Assembly (NCBI GenBank): GCA_045810225.1
Contig: JBJMWI010000138.1
Coordinates: 23 to 64,022, forward strand
Length of the DNA: 64,000 nt
Reading direction: 5' to 3'
From: Burkholderiales bacterium
GTDB taxonomy: Bacteria; Pseudomonadota; Gammaproteobacteria; Burkholderiales; JACQAP01
Shown here: piece by piece, positions 27,965 to 35,776 of the stretch
Layout: each line of letters opens with the position of its first letter
Position numbering within the stretch: position 1 is the first letter of the stretch
Position numbers and translations under genes: made by a program
The notes under the pieces: generated by a model
Seen by the model: the letters and a program-made list of their open reading frames with translations, nothing else
What the model was told of the DNA's origin: nothing
The model's database searches: none

Positions 27965-28258
27965 TCAAGTTCTCACGGCAACCGATTGTATTGAACGCCG
28001 TATTAAATGCCGGTTTTTACGAACCAGGTCGTCCTTGGCCTGCCTGGTCAGTTGTTTGATTGCGTATTCGCGTCTGGCCGCTGCGGATCGCGACTGCGCC
28101 TCTTCGATATACACCAGCACCACAGGTCGGCGGCCGCGGGTGTAGTGCGCAGCGCGCATGCCACCCGAATTATGTTCTGCGAGTCGCCGCGCCACGTCCT
28201 TGGCAATGCCGGTGTACAAGCTTCGATCGGCACAGCGAATCATATAAACGAACCACAT
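27965..28258 (-). CDS. GIY-YIG nuclease superfamily protein (small UPF0213-type)
   Basis: The ORF is trimmed to MWFVYMIRCADRSLYTGIAKDVARRLAEHNSG, which carries the GIY...YIG-type motifs and a conserved Arg and Glu. Confidence 0.8.
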   Translation of the reverse strand: MWFVYMIRCADRSLYTGIAKDVARRLAEHNSGGMRAAHYTRGRRPVVLVYIEEAQSRSAAARREYAIKQLTRQAKDDLVRKNRHLIRRSIQSVAVRT

Positions 28259-28899
28259 GGAGTGACCGGGCGGCAATCAGGATCCCGGGGCGGTCAATGC
28301 AAGCCGCGCATAATCGCACGGCACAGTCTGAGCAGCAGTCATGGTTGCTGTTCTGCGTTCCCGCGCACTTCCCATTCGTGTTTGTTTGCCGTGCTACGCA
28401 ACGCCGCCACTTCGTCGCGCATGACAGCCGCTTCCGCCTGAAGTCCAGCAAGAAAAAATCGGCCTGCAGGTTCAAACATTCAGCGCACAGCGAGTGTTCA
28501 ACGCGCTTCTCTGCACCGGACAAATGCGTGAAGCGATAGCGGTAAAACCGTGTTGTTGCGCAAATTTGACTTCCAAATGGTCCATTCGGCTACGAAACCA
28601 ACTGTCGTCAGTTGGCGTCAACGTTAAAGAGATTCGCAAAGTAATGGTTCCGCTCCCATGCCATGCGCATCTTGCCCGTCTTGCTCTGCAAGCAGCATCA
28701 CACAGCAGTGGGCGTGGTACCCAGGCCCGTACCTGGCACTTGAGGACATTATGAGAATAGCGCACCGCCCGCCGGGAAGCACCCCCGCTGTACACGAGCA
28801 GCTTGCTTCCTTCAGGTTCTCCGAATGCCCCTTGCTATTGCGCCTTGCTGAACCTCTTCGGCTTCAGTGCCTACGCCCCAAGGGCAGCGGGAGCGCCCA

Positions 28900-29880
28900 A
28901 TGAAAACTCAGAATTCCCCTTCTTTGGGGACCGGTGAATTTGTCGCGCATCGCCGGCGCTTCATGCAAATGGCAGCCGCATTGGCCTGCACGCCGCTGGT
29001 TAATCGAGTCCAGGCCAGCGGACTCACACGTACTGCGGCGGTCCCCGGCGGCTTTGCCGTGGTTCAGTTGGGCCCAGCCCGCATGGCCCCGGTGGTGTAT
29101 TTCAGTGGCGACAGGGTATTCGTCTCCGGAACGCAAACCGGTTGGTTCGCGATTGTCGGCATTCCGCTCGACGCGCAGCCGGGTCGCGCCCCTCCTCTAT
29201 CGATTCATGATGCAGCGGGCAAATCGCGAGTGGCTCATTTCACGATCGGCGTAAAGCGTTACGAGGCGGAATACCTGACGATGAAATCTGATTATGTCGA
29301 TCTGGAACCCGATGACCTTGCCCGATGCGAAGGCGAGCGCGCGCACTTGCAACGGGTGCTGCGAACCTATTCGGATGTATCGCCCTCGTCGTTGCTGCTG
29401 GTGCCGCCCTGTCAGGGAATGCGTACCAGCACATTCGGTGTGGTGCGCTTTTTCAACGGACAGGCGCGCGGCACCCACAACGGCATGGATATCGCTGCGC
29501 CAACCGGCAAGCCGGTATTCGCAGCAGCATCAGGACAAGTCGTCGACGTTGGCGATTATTTCTTTTCTGGACGAACTGTTCTTGTGGATCATGGCCGCGG
29601 GTTCATGACCCTGTACGCGCATCTCAGTGAAGTGAAGACGAGACCGCGCAAGCGCGTCGCGGCAGGCCAGAAGATCGGCAAAATCGGCATCACTGGGCGA
29701 GCCACCGGTCCGCATTTGCATTTCGGTGTGTACCTCAATGCCGCCGCCGTCGACCCGGCCTTGTTCCTGCTCTCCGATCCGCGCATGCAGCGCCTGTATT
29801 CGATGAGTACGCGCCAGGTGCCCGCCGCAGATGCGTTCGGCGGCGCGCCTGTGCGAGAAACCATTATCAAACGGCTGTAG
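28900..29880 (+). CDS. M23 family metallopeptidase (paralog 1)
   Basis: The ORF is trimmed to the ATG at 28900, preceded by GGGAG. It has a Tat-like HRRRFMQMAAALA. The M23 motifs HNGMDIAAPTGKPV and GPHLHFGV are present. Confidence 0.85.
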   Translation: MKTQNSPSLGTGEFVAHRRRFMQMAAALACTPLVNRVQASGLTRTAAVPGGFAVVQLGPARMAPVVYFSGDRVFVSGTQTGWFAIVGIPLDAQPGRAPPLSIHDAAGKSRVAHFTIGVKRYEAEYLTMKSDYVDLEPDDLARCEGERAHLQRVLRTYSDVSPSSLLLVPPCQGMRTSTFGVVRFFNGQARGTHNGMDIAAPTGKPVFAAASGQVVDVGDYFFSGRTVLVDHGRGFMTLYAHLSEVKTRPRKRVAAGQKIGKIGITGRATGPHLHFGVYLNAAAVDPALFLLSDPRMQRLYSMSTRQVPAADAFGGAPVRETIIKRL

Positions 29881-29957
29881 CTGTTTCGGGACAGCGGTTT
29901 TAATTACGCATCCTCAAGGACTGCGCGCGGATTGCATCCCCGGTATGATTCGGCCAA

Positions 29958-30821
29958 TTGCATCCCAATCAAGCCGAATTCGTGCTTCGCCGCCATTTTC
30001 TGCTAGTCATTACAGCTGCCTCCTCGCTATCGCTCTGGGCCGCCCATGTTCGGGCAGACCCGCTGCAGAAGGCCGTAGCCGTGCCGGGCGGAGTAGCCGT
30101 AGTCAAGATCGGCCCCGCTCCCAAGCTACCAACCGCCTGGCTCAACGGCAACAGGGTGCTTGTCACGGGCAATGAAAAGGAATGGTCCGCAGTGGTGGGC
30201 ATTGCGCTCGAAGCCCGCGCCGGCGAAAAGCTGGGACTCGCGGTGCAGGCAGTGGACGGAACAATTGCGACCCTACGCGTGGCAATCGGAACGAAGCAAT
30301 ATGCGACGCAACGCCTGACCGTCAAGCCTGGTCAAGTCGAACTTTCCCCTGAGGATCTGGCGCGCTATGAAACCGAGCGCACGCATCTTGGCGAAATCCG
30401 TAAAACCTTTACCGAGACAGCGCCCGATTCACTGCAACTGATGCAACCCTGCGAAGGCGAACGGTCGAACACATTCGGCCAGCGCCGGATTTTCAACGGT
30501 CAGTCACGCAATCCGCACAACGGAATGGATATACCGGCGCCGGATGGCTCACCGGTGGTGGCCGCCGGGGATGCAACAGTGATCGATGTCGGCAATTATT
30601 TTTTTTCCGGCAACACCGTAATCCTGGACCACGGCAGCGGCCTGCTTACACTCTATGCCCACTTAAGTGCGGTGGAAGTTGCTCCAGGCGATCGCGTCGG
30701 AACCGGCGCCCGTATCGGCCGTGTCGGCGCCACCGGCCGTGTCACCGGCCCTCACTTGCACTTTAGTGTTTTTCTGAATTCAGTTGCCGTGGATCCGGGG
30801 ATTTTTCTGGCCGACAAGTAG
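29958..30821 (+). CDS. M23 family metallopeptidase (paralog 2)
   Basis: 287 aa. The start is uncertain (TTG at 29958). The M23 motifs HNGMDIPAPDGSPV and GPHLHFSV are present, and the protein is colinear with paralog 1. Confidence 0.8.
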   Translation: MHPNQAEFVLRRHFLLVITAASSLSLWAAHVRADPLQKAVAVPGGVAVVKIGPAPKLPTAWLNGNRVLVTGNEKEWSAVVGIALEARAGEKLGLAVQAVDGTIATLRVAIGTKQYATQRLTVKPGQVELSPEDLARYETERTHLGEIRKTFTETAPDSLQLMQPCEGERSNTFGQRRIFNGQSRNPHNGMDIPAPDGSPVVAAGDATVIDVGNYFFSGNTVILDHGSGLLTLYAHLSAVEVAPGDRVGTGARIGRVGATGRVTGPHLHFSVFLNSVAVDPGIFLADK

Positions 30822-30895
30822 CTGTTTTAAGCAGCTGCATGGTTCGCGCGGGCCTTGGTGATTTCATTGTGGGCTGGCTTACGCTGCGCGCGAAT

Positions 30896-33800
30896 TCATA
30901 CCGTGACCCCATCCGGCGCGCGCACACGCTTGGTTTCAGTAATGCGTCTGCGTCCCCAGCTGCCCTGCCCGGTAGGTTCAATACCATTGGCCGCGAGCGT
31001 GCGGCGCAAGTCATCCAGAATGGCCTGACGACGGCGCAGCAGCGCGCCGGCGAAGCAACGCCAGAACACCCACCCGACCCGCTGCAAAGTCCGCTGGCGG
31101 CGCATATCTTCCACCCACTGCTGCGGTCCCTGATATTTGTCCCCATCGCACTCGACTGCCAGGCGCGTGTCGTCGCGGCCCTCCACTACCATATCGATCC
31201 GATAGGCGCCGACGGCGACCTGGGGGGTCACGTGGTAGCCCTCGCCGTTCAGCCAGTCGAACAATTCCCGTTCAATGCGCGACTCACAAAGCGTGCGCAG
31301 ATCGGTAATGCGCACCGGTTCTTCAGCAAACGGGCGCGCGAAGTGTGCAATCAGTCCTCGGCGCAGCCGGTCCGATTCGGAAAGATGGCTGAGTTCCACC
31401 GAGCGCACCAGAATCATGCGATCGCGCGCACGCGAGGCCGCGACATTGAAGCGCTGTGCGAACGTATCGCGGGACAATGCCGCGCCGATGTCGTTGGGCG
31501 CGCACACCATCGACAAGTACATGATGTCGCGCTCGCGTCCCTGGAATTGGCGCGCATCGCCGCACGTGACGGCGTGCCTGCGCAGCGTTTCGGGCGTCAG
31601 CACTTCGGTCAGACGCTGCCATATCTGCATTGCCTGTTCTTCGCCCAGCAGTGAAACGATGCCGATCGAGCGCGACTGCAACTTTGGGTCGGCCACCAGT
31701 GCCCTGACATCCTTGACGATGAATTCGACTTCGGCCCGATTGATGGCGCCATCGCGACTCGCGTCGCCGACCAGATAATCGAGCAGGGGCGGGTCCAGGC
31801 GTTCGGAAGCGTTGGCCAGGCGCAAGGGATAGAGTTCATGCTCGTAGAACTCGCGCTTGGAATATTCGATGATCGGCGCGACACAGCGAAAATGCTCCTT
31901 CAACATCACGCCGCTGTGCGCGAACACCACTTTGGCAAGATCGTAGATAGAACGCTCCGGCGACATCTGAGCGGCATACAGCGGAACCTGTTCCGCCAGG
32001 TAGCGGGCCATTAAGGTGTTTATGCGTTCCTCTTCAATGCCGACGGGCTGGGGCGCCACTTGCTTGTCGTCCCCCACGACAAGTATTTTTCGCGCCCGCA
32101 GCAGGACTGGTAATGCAGACAAATCGGATTGCGATGCTTCATCGATGATCACGAGATCGAAGCACCCGAGTTGGGCGGGCAAGGATTCCGAAACGCGGTG
32201 ATGCGGCATGATCCAGCAAGGCACCGCGTGCTGTGCCTGTGCAGATGCGGCTCGCGCGTCTCGCCGATAGCGAAAGGCGCGTTTGCCGGTGCCCTTGCCG
32301 ATGTGCTGAACGGCATTTAAATAGGCCTGCAGTGCGGCGCGCACGCCAGGGGTGGCGGTTTCGGTGAGCTTCAGCCAGCTGCGCTTGACGACCAGGTCTT
32401 CATAGGCACGCGCCAGATCGCGCTCTACTTCCACCCGCGCGGCGGAAAGCTTTTTCAGCTCGTCATGTGCATCGATGGCCTGCAGATGCGTGGCCAGGCG
32501 GCGCAAACGCCAGTCCCTCAGCATGGTGGCGGAAGATAGTTTTTCGTCGAAACCCGTGCCCATCTGGCGCAGTTTCTGCGCGAGCTTCGGCGCGCCCGAC
32601 GCTGCGATATTGGCGGTAACGACACTTACCACGGCGAGCGGCGCCGCCAGCGACCGCAATCGCGACAGTTCGGCGCCCAGCATATTCCAGGCTTCCAGCA
32701 GCGCTGATTCGTCGACCGCCGGATTGCCCAAGGTGCTGGCCAGGAATTCGCGCATGCGATCGACGATCTTTCCCTGTTTGCCCTCCAGCGCGCGATGCAG
32801 TCCATTGACCACCGTGGACACCTGGCTGAGCTGGGATTTGGTCAGGTGGTAGGCAAGCGTGAGTTCCACTTCCGACAGCACCGCGCTGTTCTGATGCACA
32901 GTCGCCGCGCGCGCCCATGCCGGAAACAATTCCATTGCCATACGCGACAATTCCGCTTCCTCGCGCGCCAGCAGCTTCAGTTTTTCATAATGCGCGAGTT
33001 GTGACTCCGCGGACAGCCTGCCCCGTGCATCTGCTGAAAGCACCGTCTGAAAGCCGATGTCCGGCGCGAGGGCATTCCAGCGCGCGGTCAGCGCACGTCT
33101 CGTCTTCTGCAACTCGATATGGGCAAGGACCGCCTTCCAATCCCCCATGTCTGCAGGCCGCGCGCCGTTGACGCGGACCAGCTCGAGCAGCTTTTTGGCT
33201 TCCGGGCGCCCCAACCCGATCAGCCCGAACGGCCGCCGTCCTTCCGCAAGATTACCGACTGCCTGGTGAAATTGCGGGTCCGTCTCCGCTGCTTCGGGCA
33301 CGATGACCGGCCGGGCGAGCAGCTGGGCGCGCTGCGCGGCCGCGCGGTCCATGTCGGCTGCTAGCAGGTCCAGCAGATCGAACACGCGCTTCGGCTCGCC
33401 GCTGCGCATCCGCGCGATGGCTTCTTCGCTCCATGGCAGTCGCAATGCCGTTAGTTCGTCGCGCAAGGATTTCACGCGCGCAATCTGTTCCGCCAATGCG
33501 CGCGCGCCCAGCAGGGATTCCGTGCCCGAGCCCGCCGGTACCGCCAATTCGCTGGAGCGCGCCTCGCGCGTCACTTTGGCATAGCGCTGCAGATCATCAT
33601 GCGCGCGTACCAATGCCAGTGCGTCCGGAAAATCAGCCGGCGCCGGCAAGGCATTGCCCGCATACTGGATATCTTCGCCCAGCTGGCGGCGCGCTTCGCG
33701 CAACCGCACGATGTCATCCGCGGAAAATCGCGCAATGTACTGCGGTCCCACGCCAAGGCCATCAGGAAGCCATTCGTACTGCCCTGCGCCCTGCATGACT

Positions 33801-35557
33801 TCACGAGCGGCATCCTGCGGGTCGATGGTTTCGCCACCAAGCTCGATACGCGAAACATTCAGCTTGGCCCATCGGCCCAAATCGGTATCGATGCGCTTCA
33901 GCTTGCCATGGAAACCATCGATCATTTCCACCAGACCATCCACCTGGCGCGTCGCCACCACCGTATCGAGGCTCTGCACTTCGCCCGCTATTTTTCGAAT
34001 CGATTGTTCGAGCTGGTCGACTCCGTCCTGATCGGCCGACAACAGCGGAAGCGCCAAGGGGCGCATTTCCGTCGGCAAGTGATCGCGTAACACGGCCAAA
34101 GCCGGGTCGCGCATGGACGTCACCAGCACGCGCCGCCCGTTGGCAAGCCAGTGACAAATGATGTTGGCGATCGTGTGCGTCTTGCCCGTGCCGGGTGGCC
34201 CCTGCACTACCACACCGTCAGAAATTTCCAGCATCTGCACAATGCGCGCCTGCTCATCGTTGAACGGCTTGGGAAAAAACAGGTCGTGCGCATCCAAGCT
34301 CTGTGCCACCCCGGCATGGTAGGCCGCTGTGACCCCGCGATACGAAGGCAGCGTGACAGGCGAGAGCCGAGTCGACGGTTCGGTCACCAAGGCTGCAACC
34401 GCTTCCGGCAGCGCGCTATCAGCGTCCAGCAGCGAGATTTGGTCGCGAAAGCGTTCCAGGTCCTGTATTGCGGCGACACTACTGCGTGGCCGTGCAAACA
34501 ATACCCACGTGTTGCTGATCTCCAAGCCGTTCGGCTCACCGGTTTGCTGTTGCGCCGACGCGAATGCGCGGCGCGCAATGTCAAGCAGCGGTTCAATGCT
34601 GCCATGTGCCAAAGGCGACAGGGTGTCACGCGTCGCCAGCAGAAATTGCTCTGTTTCTTTTTCCAGAGTCGCCCAGGCAGGCGCATCGGATTGAACAAAT
34701 CTGTCCAGTTCCACTCTTGGCGCGATATCGCGCGGCCGCAACTCCGCTGCCTGCGTCTCGGGATTGAAGCTGAGTTCCACCGTTTGCGTAACCAGCGGAT
34801 AACTGATTGCGGATCCGCCTATGCGGCCAGTGCATAACGCCATGCCCCACACCAGTTCGAGTTGGCCTTCCACCAGCGCACCGGCGAGTTCCTGATGCAC
34901 CGTGAACAGGCCGACGTAAAGATTTGCAAGGCGCCGGCGCTGCGACTCCGCGTCAGCCCAGGCACGCCATGATGATTGCAGATAGCGAGCGTACTGAGTT
35001 TCGACCTCGGAGCGGAGGGCATAGTCGTGCAGGCTCACGCGTGCGCGCCCATCTACCGACGGACCGGCCGCGTCCGGCGCAGCCGCTTCGCGATGGGTTC
35101 CTGCGCCAATCAACGCCGCTCCGTCGATTTCTGTGGCCAGTTGTGGGGCCGCGTTGACGCCGGCGCCGACATTCAACCATGGGGATAACCAAGGACTTTC
35201 TGCCTGCGGCGGGACTTGCGGCCCCGGCGGATGCGGCACGCACAACCAAATCTCATCGTCTGCATCCGCGCGACGACTATCGAGCAAGCCGGGAATTTCA
35301 TGGGCTTGATGCTCGTACAGCAGGAAGCTGTCGTGGCTCGCGATGTCGAACGCGACGCGAGCACGCGTGCGCAACGATTGCTGTGCGAAGTCTACGAGCG
35401 CGATGAGGCGCCGTTGCTGAATGGTCACGGCCGTTACTACGGTTCTTGTATTGTGGTTCTGGATTTCTGCGTGTGCGCTATCGTACTGCATCTGGAGTTG
35501 CAATCGATAGCGCCACGCGCACCGGCGTCGTGCACGCAGTCGCATTGAACAACTCAT
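30896..35557 (-). CDS. Giant SF1 (Upf1/DNA2-like) helicase fused to a C-terminal Vsr/DUF559-like PD-(D/E)xK nuclease, with a DUF4011-like N-terminus
   Basis: 1,553-aa ORF. The start is uncertain (35557, 35545 or 35491). The helicase motifs are Walker A GPPGTGKT (aa 453-460, nt 34178-34201), DEAS (aa 1139-1142, nt 32132-32143), VGDDKQ, HFRC, QGRERD and NVAASRARDRMILV. The C-terminal nuclease-like block is YRIDMVVEG...LAVECDGDKY...WVFWRC. Confidence 0.85.
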   Translation of the reverse strand: MSCSMRLRARRRCAWRYRLQLQMQYDSAHAEIQNHNTRTVVTAVTIQQRRLIALVDFAQQSLRTRARVAFDIASHDSFLLYEHQAHEIPGLLDSRRADADDEIWLCVPHPPGPQVPPQAESPWLSPWLNVGAGVNAAPQLATEIDGAALIGAGTHREAAAPDAAGPSVDGRARVSLHDYALRSEVETQYARYLQSSWRAWADAESQRRRLANLYVGLFTVHQELAGALVEGQLELVWGMALCTGRIGGSAISYPLVTQTVELSFNPETQAAELRPRDIAPRVELDRFVQSDAPAWATLEKETEQFLLATRDTLSPLAHGSIEPLLDIARRAFASAQQQTGEPNGLEISNTWVLFARPRSSVAAIQDLERFRDQISLLDADSALPEAVAALVTEPSTRLSPVTLPSYRGVTAAYHAGVAQSLDAHDLFFPKPFNDEQARIVQMLEISDGVVVQGPPGTGKTHTIANIICHWLANGRRVLVTSMRDPALAVLRDHLPTEMRPLALPLLSADQDGVDQLEQSIRKIAGEVQSLDTVVATRQVDGLVEMIDGFHGKLKRIDTDLGRWAKLNVSRIELGGETIDPQDAAREVMQGAGQYEWLPDGLGVGPQYIARFSADDIVRLREARRQLGEDIQYAGNALPAPADFPDALALVRAHDDLQRYAKVTREARSSELAVPAGSGTESLLGARALAEQIARVKSLRDELTALRLPWSEEAIARMRSGEPKRVFDLLDLLAADMDRAAAQRAQLLARPVIVPEAAETDPQFHQAVGNLAEGRRPFGLIGLGRPEAKKLLELVRVNGARPADMGDWKAVLAHIELQKTRRALTARWNALAPDIGFQTVLSADARGRLSAESQLAHYEKLKLLAREEAELSRMAMELFPAWARAATVHQNSAVLSEVELTLAYHLTKSQLSQVSTVVNGLHRALEGKQGKIVDRMREFLASTLGNPAVDESALLEAWNMLGAELSRLRSLAAPLAVVSVVTANIAASGAPKLAQKLRQMGTGFDEKLSSATMLRDWRLRRLATHLQAIDAHDELKKLSAARVEVERDLARAYEDLVVKRSWLKLTETATPGVRAALQAYLNAVQHIGKGTGKRAFRYRRDARAASAQAQHAVPCWIMPHHRVSESLPAQLGCFDLVIIDEASQSDLSALPVLLRARKILVVGDDKQVAPQPVGIEEERINTLMARYLAEQVPLYAAQMSPERSIYDLAKVVFAHSGVMLKEHFRCVAPIIEYSKREFYEHELYPLRLANASERLDPPLLDYLVGDASRDGAINRAEVEFIVKDVRALVADPKLQSRSIGIVSLLGEEQAMQIWQRLTEVLTPETLRRHAVTCGDARQFQGRERDIMYLSMVCAPNDIGAALSRDTFAQRFNVAASRARDRMILVRSVELSHLSESDRLRRGLIAHFARPFAEEPVRITDLRTLCESRIERELFDWLNGEGYHVTPQVAVGAYRIDMVVEGRDDTRLAVECDGDKYQGPQQWVEDMRRQRTLQRVGWVFWRCFAGALLRRRQAILDDLRRTLAANGIEPTGQGSWGRRRITETKRVRAPDGVTV

Positions 35558-35631
35558 GAAGACGCTATGCGGCGTGAAGGACTTAGCCGGTGCGCCGCAA
35601 GTGAAAGGTTAGAAAACAGGACTCTGGCGTG

Positions 35632-35676
35632 AAAAAAAAATGGATGTGATCAAGCAAGGAGCTCAAAGCTCATCCA
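35632..35676 (-). terminator. Probable terminator downstream of lon
   Basis: On the minus strand, a weak hairpin (tggatg at 35641-35646 pairing with catcca at 35671-35676, with an inner GAGC/GCTC stem) is followed by a T9 run (35632-35640). It lies about 100 nt after the lon stop. Confidence 0.45.
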
Positions 35677-35776
35677 CTTCACTCAGTCCCCATCGCTTGG
35701 TCGAATACCGGTTATGGCCTACAGGCCGGTATCCGAGCGATAGCCGGAATCCCTTGTGGGACAGTCCTGCTTTGTT

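Noticed and set aside
27786-28145. A 119-aa plus-strand ORF spanning the GIY-YIG 3' region, and the ORFs 28060-28539, 28170-28523 and 28472-28795 in the 620-nt gap.
   Set aside because: Their translations are Ser/Arg/Cys-rich without motifs. They overlap the well-supported GIY-YIG gene or each other, and they have no SD sequences.
35558-35776. The possibility that hsp20-lon and the helicase-nuclease form one heat-shock operon (same strand, 219-nt gap).
   Set aside because: A hairpin followed by a T9 run on the minus strand (35632-35676) sits between them, and the GGACTGAGTGAAGT 3'-UTR-type repeat is also there. Read-through cannot be excluded but is not supported.
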